A DNA stretch of 64,000 nt. Source: Verrucomicrobiota bacterium. Its GTDB lineage: Bacteria; Verrucomicrobiota; Lentisphaeria; Lentisphaerales; Lentisphaeraceae. Under the pieces are notes generated by a model, which was not told the origin of the DNA, ran no database searches, and saw nothing but the letters and a program-made list of their open reading frames with translations. Positions 32,484-41,623 of the stretch are shown here, in pieces. The DNA lies in the NCBI GenBank assembly GCA_039798785.1, contig JBDKFG010000014.1, forward strand, positions 15,372 through 79,371. The letters run 5' to 3'. The position numbers were made by a program, and so were the translations under genes. Every line of letters begins with the position of its first letter. The first letter of the stretch is position 1.

Positions 32484-33980
32484 TCAGCGCGCCTTCTCCG
32501 CCCAGTCCAGCGCTTGGCGGAGCTCGTCGCGGCCGCGGCAATCGGGCAAGGCGTCGAGGCGGCGGCGGACTTCCGCGGCGCTGAAGCAGCCTTCGCGGCG
32601 GCCGCGCAGATATTCGGCAAAAGCGGCGGCGGCGATCGCCAATTCAAAGGCACGGTCGGGACAGCTCCGCCTGGCGTCGAGCGGGAAGGATTCCTGGCGC
32701 AGCCGGGATTCGCCGGCGGCCTTCCAGCCGAGGCGGATGTTGAGGATTTCGTCGCGAAGCTCCTCCCTGACGTCCAGGGAACGCGACTCGGCCGTTTCAA
32801 GGTCGCTGGGCAGGCGCTTTGCGCCGGGAGCCGCGCCGCTGGCCAGCTCCAGCTCATAAAGTGCCGTCACCTCTTCTCCGGCGGCGAGGTCTCCGGCGTC
32901 CTTGCCGGCATCGTCGAAATCGCCGTCGCGCATCTGCCGGTCGGAGTAGCCTACCAGTCGCCAGGAGCGGACTCGCTCCGGATTGAACTCGACCTGGAGG
33001 CGGACGTCATCGGCGACCGGAATGAGCGAGCCGCCGGCCATTTTCAAGGCCAGGCGCGCCGCTTCGTCGCTGCGGTCGAGGTGGAAGTAGGAGCCGTTGC
33101 CCGCGCCGGCGACCTTCTCCATCATCGCATCGTTGAGATTGCCGGAGCCGACGCCGAGGACGCTGAGGTAGATGCCCTCTCCTCGTTCGCGGCCGATCAG
33201 TCTGAGGAGCTCCTGATCGCTGCTCGGGCCGACATTGAAGTCGCCGTCGGTGGCGATGACGACGCGGCGGGCTTCGTTGCTGCGGCTTTCGCGGCGGGCC
33301 AGGTCGTAGGCCTGCTGCAGGGCGGCGGCGCCGGCGGTCGAGCCTCGGGCCCGGAGGGACTCGAGGCGGGAGACGAGTTCGCGGCGGCCGCGCGGGTCGC
33401 AGGGAACGGCGCGGCAGAGCTCCTCGACTCCGTCGCTGTAGGTGAGCAGGCTGATCCGGCTTTCCGGGCCGAGCCGCTCGACCAGTTCGCGGGTGCAGCG
33501 CTTGACCAGTTCGAGGCGCTCGCCGGCCATGCTGCCGGAGACGTCGACGAGGAGGACCAGATGCCTGGGCGCCGCGGCTTCGGCCTCGCTCGCCTTGAGA
33601 TGGATCCGAAGCAGCGAGGTGCGGCGGTCCCAGGGGCAATCGACCAGCTGGTGATCGAGGGCGACGCCTTGCGCCGGCGCGGCGTAGTCGTAGCGGAAGT
33701 AATTGATGAACTCCTCGCTTCGCACCGCGTCCGGCGGCGGCAGGCGTCCGGCTTCGAGGAGGCGGCGGCAGTAGGTGAAGGAGGCGCTGTCGACATCGAC
33801 CGAGAAGGTGCTCGTCCGGACCTGGCTGGCGGCCTGGAAACGGCTGTCATCGAGGGCGAGATGGCGGTCGCCGCTTTTCACCGAGGCGATGCAGCGCAGT
33901 TCCGCGCTGCGCTGGGCGCTATGCTGGCCGCAGGAGGCGACGGAGAGGACTAGGGCGAGGCAGGGAGGGAGGATCTTCAT
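32484..33980 (-). CDS. vWA-domain lipoprotein (YfbK-like)
   Basis: STFSVDVDSASF, VRSEEFINYFRY, MIDAS DVSGSM, ATDGDFNVG, QVEFNP, DAGDLAAG. Confidence 0.9.
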   Translation of the reverse strand: MKILPPCLALVLSVASCGQHSAQRSAELRCIASVKSGDRHLALDDSRFQAASQVRTSTFSVDVDSASFTYCRRLLEAGRLPPPDAVRSEEFINYFRYDYAAPAQGVALDHQLVDCPWDRRTSLLRIHLKASEAEAAAPRHLVLLVDVSGSMAGERLELVKRCTRELVERLGPESRISLLTYSDGVEELCRAVPCDPRGRRELVSRLESLRARGSTAGAAALQQAYDLARRESRSNEARRVVIATDGDFNVGPSSDQELLRLIGRERGEGIYLSVLGVGSGNLNDAMMEKVAGAGNGSYFHLDRSDEAARLALKMAGGSLIPVADDVRLQVEFNPERVRSWRLVGYSDRQMRDGDFDDAGKDAGDLAAGEEVTALYELELASGAAPGAKRLPSDLETAESRSLDVREELRDEILNIRLGWKAAGESRLRQESFPLDARRSCPDRAFELAIAAAAFAEYLRGRREGCFSAAEVRRRLDALPDCRGRDELRQALDWAEKAR

Positions 33981-34091
33981 GGGTCGTGTTCCTAGGTTGC
34001 TTGTCGGGGGCTTCCCTGTCTGAATCGCCCCGAAAGCCCGGAAGGTTCAGCGGACCGAAGAAATTCCCGTAAATTCCGCGACAGGACGCGA

Positions 34092-36782
34092 TCAATCCCC
34101 GCCGATCCACAGCTTCTCGCAGGCATCGGCCATGCGCTCCACCGAGAAGAGCTCCTGGATGCGTCCGCGCCCCTGAACGCCGAGGCGACGGCGCAGGCCG
34201 GCATCGCGGGCGAGGCGAAGCAGCGAGGCCGCCAGGGCGGCGGCATCGCCAGGGGGGCTGAGAAGCGCATCGAGCCCATCGCGGATCATTTCCGGATCCC
34301 CCGCAATCGCGACCGGCAGTCCGGCCGCCATCGCCTCCTGAAAGGCTTCGACCTCACCTTCCGACTCCTCCTCTCCGGCGACAGCGACGAACAGATCGAG
34401 GCCGGTGTGGAAGGCAGCGAGGTCACAGACTTCGCCAAGCCAGACGACGGGCAGAGACGCCTCGGCGGCGAGCCGCAGCAAGGCCGAGGCCTCCGGCTCG
34501 AGACAGCCGCCCGCCAGGCGCAGCTCGAAGGGAGGCAGCTGCTCCTTCGCCAGGGCCAGAGCGGCAAAGCATGCCGCGAGGCGACGCTGCGGCTGGCGAC
34601 GCAAAGAGGCACCGATGACGAGGATCGGCGGCGCCTCGCGAAGGACGGCAGGCCGCAGGGGCAAAGGTATGCCATGAGGGATGATCCGCGCCTCAATGCC
34701 GAAGCTCCGGCGCGCCTCGGATGCGGCGCGGCGCTCGCTGCAGACGATGCCGCTGAGTCGCCGGGCGTAGTCTTGCGGCGTGCGCAAGCTATGGCCGGAG
34801 CGGGGCTGCTCGAACTCGCGGAGGAGCGGGCCGAGGGCGGCGCTTCCGGAGCAGAAATCCCAGACCGGGCAGCGCAGCAGGACATCGGCAAGAAGGCATT
34901 TGGCGGCGGCGAGGGCATCCCAGAAGACCAGCGCCTGGGGCGGCCGCTGCCGCAGTTCCGACAGGAGCGGGGCGAGGGCTTCGTGCAGCTCCTGCTCCCT
35001 GAGATCGAGATTTTCGACCTCCGAGCCTCCTGCCCGGAGCTGCAAAGTGCCCGGGCTGGGGAATTCCGGCGTCTCCTGAAGAGTGAAGAGACGGAGCCGG
35101 CGGCCTCGCGTAGCGAATTGCCGCACGAGGCGGCGGAGCGAGGCCTGGCCGTCGCCGGCGAAGCTGTCGGTGACGATGAAGATCCCCTCCCCCCGGCTGC
35201 CCTCCTCGGCGAGGATCTGACGGAACAAGAGATCATGGCGCAGGCCCATGGTGCTGGCGGTGAAAGGCTGCAGCAGGGAGCTTGGGCAGCTGGGACGTCC
35301 GAGGACGGCGCCGCGCAAGCCCTTGGCGAAGGCGTCGAGGAACTCGTCCTCTGCGGCGGGGGAATCGGGCAGGGGAAGGAAGCGGAGGGCCGCGGTCGCG
35401 GGGAGATCCTCCTCGCCGCCGCAGGCGCTGGCGACCACCGGGCGCCCGGCGAAGAGCGCCTCGAGCTGGGCCAGGCTGAGGCCTTCGTGATCGCTGCACG
35501 AGACCAGGGCGTCGGCGGCGTGAAGCCATTCCGGCACCTGTTCCGGGGTCAGCGACCCCGGCAGGTGCAGCCGTGCGGCGAGACCGCAGCGGCGGGCCGC
35601 TTCTTTCAGCGCCTCGGTGCAGACCTGGGCTTCAGGAAGGCGTTCGTTCGCCTCGCCGGCGACGGCGATGTGGACGGCGATGCCGGTGCCGAGCAGGGCT
35701 TCAAGGCGGCTGGCGATCTCCGGCAGGCGTTCGAGGCGTTTCTGAGGCTGGGGATTGGCGAGGGCGAGCAGCAGGATGTCGCGCTGATGCAAGCCGAGGT
35801 CGGCACGAAGCGCCGCGGCGTGGTTGGCGAGGGTAGGGTTGAGGCGCAGAGGCTGCGGCCGGACTCCGTTCCAGACGCAGCGCCAAGGCAGCGGCGCAGG
35901 GCAGGCGTCGATCTCGGCGCCGATCTGGCGCGAACAGGCGATGGCCAAGCGCAAGATGCCGGGCTCGAGGCTGTCGAGGCCTGCCGGCCAGGCGCGGCGC
36001 CGCTTGTGGAGGGTGCTGACCACGGGGATGCCGCTGGCGGCGAGCTGACGCAGTTCGGCGGCGTCGAGAAGGTGTGCATGCACCAGGTCGGCGCCTCGAA
36101 CCAATGCGGTCTCCAGTCCGCGGGCGAGGGCAGGACCGCGGCCGAGCGAAGCGAGATCGAGCAGGCCGGGAGGGCGGGGGAACTCCAGCAGTCCGGGTCG
36201 TCCGATGGCTACCAGGCGGGAGCTCCACCCCAGGGAGGCGAGCTCCTGATGGAGCTCCAGGGTGATGCGCTCCGCGCCGCCCTGCTGCAGGCTGGTGATC
36301 AGCTGGATCAGACGCGGCTGGAGCGACAGGCAGGCATCAAGACGGGAGCTGTGCAGCCAGCGCCATTTCCCCGGCGGCCGGCGCAGCCAGGAGGGGCCAC
36401 CGCCGCCTTCCTGCCACTCCTTCACCGCCGCCGGCGACAGCCAGTGCACCGGGGCTTCCGGCGCGTCGACGCCCTCCTCGAGCCGGGCCAGGTCGCCGCC
36501 GCAGAAGCGGAAGCAGTCCTCCCATTCAGGCTGCAACGCGCCCTGCTCGTCGCAATTGGCGCCGCATAGCAGAAGAGCCTTGTCGCTGATCTCCTGCCAG
36601 GGGCGCCAGGATTGCCTGAGCAGGGCCCCGGCGCTGAGGATCAGCACGGCCTCGCCGGGCGGCACCGCAAGCATCGCCTGGCTCAAATCCGCGCAGATAC
36701 GCGGCGCCTCCAGCCCGAGAAAGCGGACCTGGCGGCGCGTCCGCTCGGCCAGAAAGCCGCTGCCGTGGATGAGTGTGAACAT
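34092..36782 (-). CDS. Glycosyltransferase with tandem GT4 domains
   Basis: LITSLQQGGAER, VWNGV, SDHEGLSLAQLEALFAG; second degenerate GT4 half (EAMAAGLP, FSVERMAD). Confidence 0.85.
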   Translation of the reverse strand: MFTLIHGSGFLAERTRRQVRFLGLEAPRICADLSQAMLAVPPGEAVLILSAGALLRQSWRPWQEISDKALLLCGANCDEQGALQPEWEDCFRFCGGDLARLEEGVDAPEAPVHWLSPAAVKEWQEGGGGPSWLRRPPGKWRWLHSSRLDACLSLQPRLIQLITSLQQGGAERITLELHQELASLGWSSRLVAIGRPGLLEFPRPPGLLDLASLGRGPALARGLETALVRGADLVHAHLLDAAELRQLAASGIPVVSTLHKRRRAWPAGLDSLEPGILRLAIACSRQIGAEIDACPAPLPWRCVWNGVRPQPLRLNPTLANHAAALRADLGLHQRDILLLALANPQPQKRLERLPEIASRLEALLGTGIAVHIAVAGEANERLPEAQVCTEALKEAARRCGLAARLHLPGSLTPEQVPEWLHAADALVSCSDHEGLSLAQLEALFAGRPVVASACGGEEDLPATAALRFLPLPDSPAAEDEFLDAFAKGLRGAVLGRPSCPSSLLQPFTASTMGLRHDLLFRQILAEEGSRGEGIFIVTDSFAGDGQASLRRLVRQFATRGRRLRLFTLQETPEFPSPGTLQLRAGGSEVENLDLREQELHEALAPLLSELRQRPPQALVFWDALAAAKCLLADVLLRCPVWDFCSGSAALGPLLREFEQPRSGHSLRTPQDYARRLSGIVCSERRAASEARRSFGIEARIIPHGIPLPLRPAVLREAPPILVIGASLRRQPQRRLAACFAALALAKEQLPPFELRLAGGCLEPEASALLRLAAEASLPVVWLGEVCDLAAFHTGLDLFVAVAGEEESEGEVEAFQEAMAAGLPVAIAGDPEMIRDGLDALLSPPGDAAALAASLLRLARDAGLRRRLGVQGRGRIQELFSVERMADACEKLWIGGD

Positions 36783-36913
36783 GGATCGGACCGGGGTTGC
36801 TCCTCCAGAGCTTAGCGCCGCATCAGGGGCCGCACTAGAGGCGGGAGGAGAGGAAACGGGAAGAAATTACGGCGCATGGCTCCGGCTGTGCTGAGGTAGA
36901 CGCAGCTTCCCTG

Positions 36914-37966
36914 TCAGACCGCTTCGCCGGGGAGAACCATGCCCTGCTCGCGGAGATAGGCGGGGAGCTTGACCAGCACCTTTTCGACGTCCGGATAATG
37001 GCGCATGCCGATGATCTTGGCGGCGCTGTCATTGAAGAGGTCGGGCTCTTCCCGGAGGTCGCAGAGCCCCAGGACCTTGCCGGAGTTCCGGGCGCAACGG
37101 ACCAGTGCGGTGAGGCGCCGGTGGTTCTGCGGCGGATCCTGGGCGAGGAAGCTGTTGATGTCCATGTGGTACTCAATGGCGGAGGCGAGGTCGGCATCGA
37201 GATCCCAGAAATGGGCGACCAGCCCGCCGGCTCGCGATTCGAAGCGCGGAACGATGTCGCGGAAGAGACCGGCCGAGAAGGGGATGTCGAGCTTGCCGGG
37301 AAGAGCATAGTGGAGAGCGATCTGACGGAGCAGGGCGAGGGCGCCGACGTTGTGCAGGAGACCGGCCATGTAGGCGCGATTGTCGTCACCGTAGAAACGC
37401 TGCGACAGGAAACGGCAGATGCGGGCGACGGCATGAGACTCCTCGATGTAGTCGCTGGCGACCTTGGCAAAGAGCGGATGATCCGGTATGGCGGAACGCG
37501 CGGTGTTGAGAAAAAGGATGCCTTGGATGACTTCCTTGCCGAGGCGCGGCAGGGCCGCATTGAGGTTGGTGATCTTGATGCCGCGGGAAAAGCTGGCGGA
37601 GTTGGCAGCGGAGAGGAAGGAGCCGGCGAGCGAAGGGGAGTCCTGCACCAGCTCGGCGATCTCGCGCAAGTCATAGTCGTCGCCGGAGTTCAGGATATTG
37701 TTGATATGAAGCACGTTACCAGGAAGCTCCATGATTTCGAAACGGTTTTCCTTGAGAGAGAGTTCAAGCTCTTCGATCAGGACAGTGTTGGTCACGGGCT
37801 CGAATTCGGCGCCGCTGACATGAGCGTTCGGGAGAGAATTCTCCCACCACAGGCCGATGTTGGGCTGGGTTTCCTGGCGGAAAGGCGCCCGGGATTGCTG
37901 CTTGACCACGGGGGGACTCTTGGGTTCAAGACCGAATAATGATCGGAGGTAGTCAAGCAAAGACAT
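36914..37966 (-). CDS. HDOD-domain protein
   Basis: DSPSLAGSFLSAANSASF, AYMAGLLHNVG, HFWDLDADLASAIEYH. Confidence 0.9.
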   Translation of the reverse strand: MSLLDYLRSLFGLEPKSPPVVKQQSRAPFRQETQPNIGLWWENSLPNAHVSGAEFEPVTNTVLIEELELSLKENRFEIMELPGNVLHINNILNSGDDYDLREIAELVQDSPSLAGSFLSAANSASFSRGIKITNLNAALPRLGKEVIQGILFLNTARSAIPDHPLFAKVASDYIEESHAVARICRFLSQRFYGDDNRAYMAGLLHNVGALALLRQIALHYALPGKLDIPFSAGLFRDIVPRFESRAGGLVAHFWDLDADLASAIEYHMDINSFLAQDPPQNHRRLTALVRCARNSGKVLGLCDLREEPDLFNDSAAKIIGMRHYPDVEKVLVKLPAYLREQGMVLPGEAV

Positions 37967-38080
37967 AGGAGTCTCCTCGGGGATTGAGCCATTGTATCAT
38001 CTTTTTCCCGCAAATAGCAAGAAAAAATCTGGATTTCAGCGAAGAAGCTGTGTAGACTGGAATCATCCCGGAGACAGTCC

Positions 38081-38476
38081 ATGAGCTTTCCCCTTCCCGC
38101 CCTCGGTTCTGGCGTCAGGATCCTATCGGCCCCACGCTACGAAGCCGAGAATTCCGCACCCCATCTCCATCGCTTCGTCTTCAGCTATTCGGTGCGGATC
38201 ATCAACGAGCTCGACTGTGACATCACCCTGCGCAGCCGCCACTGGCTGATCGTCAATGCCGACGGCCAGGAGCGGGAAGTCCGCGGCGCCGGGGTCATCG
38301 GCATCCAGCCTAAGATCCCTTCCGGCAAGGAATTCTCCTACGAATCCTTCTCGGTTCTCGACACGCCCTTCGGAACCATGGAAGGAGCCTATCTGTTCGA
38401 GCGCGACGACGGCGACCTGCTGCACGTGGCTATTCCGCGCTTCTACCTCCACGCCCCGCAAGCGCAGGGCGGCTGA
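38081..38476 (+). CDS. apaG: ApaG/CorD protein
   Basis: FVFSYSVRIIN, LRSRHWLI, VRGAGVIGIQP, GTMEGAY. Confidence 0.95.
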   Translation: MSFPLPALGSGVRILSAPRYEAENSAPHLHRFVFSYSVRIINELDCDITLRSRHWLIVNADGQEREVRGAGVIGIQPKIPSGKEFSYESFSVLDTPFGTMEGAYLFERDDGDLLHVAIPRFYLHAPQAQGG

Positions 38477-38536
38477 CTGGTTTTTTTGCGCAAGCCGAAT
38501 AACTTCTGCGTCGCAAACAGAAGGCGACGCGACTCC

Positions 38537-38911
38537 ATGAACCTGCAAATCCTCAAGAGCAAGATCCATAAAGCGGTGATCACCCAGGCCGACCTCCACT
38601 ACGAAGGGAGCCTGGGCATCGACCAGGACATCATGGACATGATCGGCCTCTTCCCTTACGAGAAGATCCTCGTCACCAACATCAACAACGGCAACCGCAT
38701 CGAGACCTACGCCATACCGGCGGAAAGGGGTTCTCGCTGCTTCCTGCTCAACGGCGCCGCCGCCCGCAAGGGATCGGTCGGCGACCGCATCATCATCATG
38801 TCCTTCGCCTCGATGAGTCCAGAAGAGGCCCGCGGCCACCAGCCCAGGGTGGTGGTCCTGAATGAGCGCAACGGGGTGGAGATGACCAAGGGTCCGGTCA
38901 TCCTGCCATGA
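38537..38911 (+). CDS. panD: Aspartate 1-decarboxylase
   Basis: LKSKIHKAVIT, YEG-SLGID cleavage site, NGNRIETY, LNGAAAR. Confidence 0.96.
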   Translation: MNLQILKSKIHKAVITQADLHYEGSLGIDQDIMDMIGLFPYEKILVTNINNGNRIETYAIPAERGSRCFLLNGAAARKGSVGDRIIIMSFASMSPEEARGHQPRVVVLNERNGVEMTKGPVILP

Positions 38912-39744
38912 TGAATCCCGACTGGCTTGACCGGCTCGAGCGTCGTTTCGGCCAATATGCGATCAGCAATCTCGCCGGCAAGCTGCTGATGATCAAAGTG
39001 CTGGTCTGGGTGATGGTGCTCTTGCGCGGCGACGGCCTCCTGGTCCAGCTCTACCAGGAAGCCAACTCCCTCGGCCTCGGGCTGGCCGGCTCCTGGCTGA
39101 TCAATGTCATCGCCCCCCCGGGCAGCTCGAGCATGGAAGTGATGGACCTTTTCTGGTCGGCCCTGTGCAACGTCGTCTTCCTATTCAGCTTCAGCCGCAT
39201 CCTCGAAGAGCACATCGGCACCTTCCGTTTCAACCTCCTGATCGGCGTCTACTTCTTCCTCCAGGGGATACTCACCCACTACGCCCTGCTCCCGCCCGAC
39301 GATGGCGCCCCGGCCTTCTACTTCTTGGAATCGCTGCGCTTCAACTTCATCTTCATCTGCGTCGGCATCCTCCTGCCTGAGATGATCATCCACGTCTTCT
39401 TCGTCATCCCGGTGCGCGCCAGGATCCTGGCCATCCTCAGCGTCCTCCTCTCCTTCGGTCTCGCCGCCGGCATTCTCGCCCTCGGCGGCCACTGGAGCGC
39501 CGCCTTGTGGATCGCCAGCCCGGCGGTCTACTCCCTGGCCTTCCTCGGGCTGCCGCGAGTCCTGGACCGCGCCAAGCACAAGGCCCGGCGCCTCGCCTTC
39601 GACAAGAAAGCCGCCACCGCCGCCGACAAGGCCGGCCACTTCCATCGCTGCAGCATCTGCGGCATCACCGACAACGATGATCGCGACACCTTCTTCCGCG
39701 TCGGCAGCGACGGACAGGACTATTGCGAGAAACACCTGCGTTGA
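38908..39744 (+). CDS. Membrane protein (rhomboid-like fold) with C-terminal Zn-binding motif
   Basis: LERRFGQYAISNL, multiple TM segments, HRCSICGIT...YCEKH. Confidence 0.75.
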   Translation: MMNPDWLDRLERRFGQYAISNLAGKLLMIKVLVWVMVLLRGDGLLVQLYQEANSLGLGLAGSWLINVIAPPGSSSMEVMDLFWSALCNVVFLFSFSRILEEHIGTFRFNLLIGVYFFLQGILTHYALLPPDDGAPAFYFLESLRFNFIFICVGILLPEMIIHVFFVIPVRARILAILSVLLSFGLAAGILALGGHWSAALWIASPAVYSLAFLGLPRVLDRAKHKARRLAFDKKAATAADKAGHFHRCSICGITDNDDRDTFFRVGSDGQDYCEKHLR

Positions 39745-39851
39745 GCCCTGAACCGCTTCAAAGCCAGGAAGTCAGTGACATGAAGAGAAGCCCCCCCCGC
39801 CGCCCCACCCTTCCAGATGGCCTCGTCCGCCCGACCCGGACATCCCCGCCG

Positions 39852-40778
39852 ATGAAGGACGCCCAGGCAAGCGCTTCGGAAGCCGATCTCGGCCGCTATC
39901 TCAATCCCGAGATCGCCGCCGCCATCGCCAGCCTCGACTTGCAAGCACTCGCCATCGTCGAAGGCTTCATGGCCGGGCGCCACCGCTCCCCCTTCCACGG
40001 CTTCAGCACCTCCTTCAGCGAGCACCGCCGCTATGAGGAGAACGATCCGGTCAAGGACATCGACTGGAAGGTCTACGCCCGCACCGAGAAGCATTTCGTC
40101 CGCAAGTACGAAGCCGAAACCACCCTCGAATGCATGCTGATGGTCGACGTCTCCTCGTCGATGTCCTGGCGGGCGCCGGGCGCCACCCTGGGCAAGCTCG
40201 ACTACGCCATCATGCTCGCCGCCGCGATGGGACTGCTGCTGCAGCGCCAGCAGGACCAGATGGGCCTGGTCGCCTTCGACGACGACATCCGCTCCTGGCT
40301 GAAGCCGGGCTCGCGGCGGACCCATCTGATGTCGCTGCTCAGCACCGTCCTCGGCGCCAGCACCGGCCGTCCCACCTCCTTCGCCAAAACCCTGCCCGAG
40401 GCCGCCGCCCTGATCCGCCACCGCGGCCTGGTCATCCTCCTCACCGACTTCCTCGGCGACGGCGACGCCGCGATCGACGCCCTCGCCACCCTGCGCGCCC
40501 GCAAGCACGAAGTGCTGGCCTTCCATCTCGTCGACAAGTCCGAGCTCGAGCTTCCCTGGGACCATCTCTGCGAATTCGAAGATCCGGAAACGCCCGGCGA
40601 CAAGCTCGTCCTGCATCCCGACTCTGTGCGCGCCGCCTACCGCAAGGAGTTCGACGCCTTCTGCGCCGGGATCGACGAGCGCTGCGCCGCCAACCGCATC
40701 AGCCTCTGTCGCATCTCCACCGCCGACCCCTTCGACAAGGCCCTGCGCGAATTCATCGTCAAACGCAGCAAGACCTGA
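39852..40778 (+). CDS. DUF58-domain protein
   Basis: GRHRSPFHGFSTSFSEHRRY, DIDWKVYART, VDVSSSM, ILLTDF. Confidence 0.92.
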   Translation: MKDAQASASEADLGRYLNPEIAAAIASLDLQALAIVEGFMAGRHRSPFHGFSTSFSEHRRYEENDPVKDIDWKVYARTEKHFVRKYEAETTLECMLMVDVSSSMSWRAPGATLGKLDYAIMLAAAMGLLLQRQQDQMGLVAFDDDIRSWLKPGSRRTHLMSLLSTVLGASTGRPTSFAKTLPEAAALIRHRGLVILLTDFLGDGDAAIDALATLRARKHEVLAFHLVDKSELELPWDHLCEFEDPETPGDKLVLHPDSVRAAYRKEFDAFCAGIDERCAANRISLCRISTADPFDKALREFIVKRSKT

Positions 40779-40871
40779 AGCCGATTTCCTCGCGGCAGAC
40801 TGGCCATTCGGTGACTTCGGGATAGTGTTGAAGGCGCGTCACCTGTACAACCCCTCGCGGAGCCCTTCGTC

Positions 40872-41540
40872 TTGGATCAATTCTACAAGCTTGTCCATGC
40901 CATGATGGAGGGGGATAAGGCCGTCTTGTCTGATCCCCGTCTGGCTCTTGTCATCTGCCTGATTCTCGCCCTCTTCATGATTCTCGAAAACGGCTTTCTC
41001 CCGACCGCCTTCCTCCCCGGAGACAGCCTCCTGATCCTCACCGGCTACCTGGTCTACAAGGATGTCCTGGTCTGGTGGATCGTCATCCCCCTGCTCATCG
41101 CTTGCTCCTTCTTCGGCACCTGGCTCGGCTACATCCAAGGCAAGTTTTTCGGCCATACCAAACTATATCACCGGCTGATGACCCACGTCGACGACGAACA
41201 CCGGGACCGGGCCTTCCGCCTTCTCACCCGTCACGGCGTCCTGACCCTCATCTGCGCCCGCTACATCGCCTTCGTCCGCACCGTCTACCCCTGCCTGATC
41301 GGGGTCGCCGGGGTACCGCTGCGGACCTTCCTGAGCATCAACCTGATCAGCTCCATCCTCTGGATCTGCCCGCTGGTCGGACTGGGCTACGCGATGAGCC
41401 ACACCTCCCTGGCGGAAAAATACGAGCAGCAATTCTTCGGCATCATGGTCTTCCTCCCCATGGTGCTGCTGGTCTTCGGCGTCATCGCCCTGGTGGTCCG
41501 CCAGATCCGCAGATCCCGCAAGAACGAGTCCAAGGACTGA
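40872..41540 (+). CDS. DedA-family membrane protein
   Basis: LENGFLPTAFLPGDSLL, ARYIAFVRT. Confidence 0.93.
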   Translation: MDQFYKLVHAMMEGDKAVLSDPRLALVICLILALFMILENGFLPTAFLPGDSLLILTGYLVYKDVLVWWIVIPLLIACSFFGTWLGYIQGKFFGHTKLYHRLMTHVDDEHRDRAFRLLTRHGVLTLICARYIAFVRTVYPCLIGVAGVPLRTFLSINLISSILWICPLVGLGYAMSHTSLAEKYEQQFFGIMVFLPMVLLVFGVIALVVRQIRRSRKNESKD

Positions 41541-41623
41541 TCGGGCCGGCCTTTTCGGCGCCCCCCTCGCAGGCTTGCGTAGAGCGGCTATCGTAGCCGC
41601 CGATCCGCAACCGGGAGGTCACT

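Noticed and set aside
34015..34050. ECF-sigma-like promoter (GAACCT...TTCAGA) upstream of the vWA gene
   Set aside because: Spacing and -10 match too weak to support
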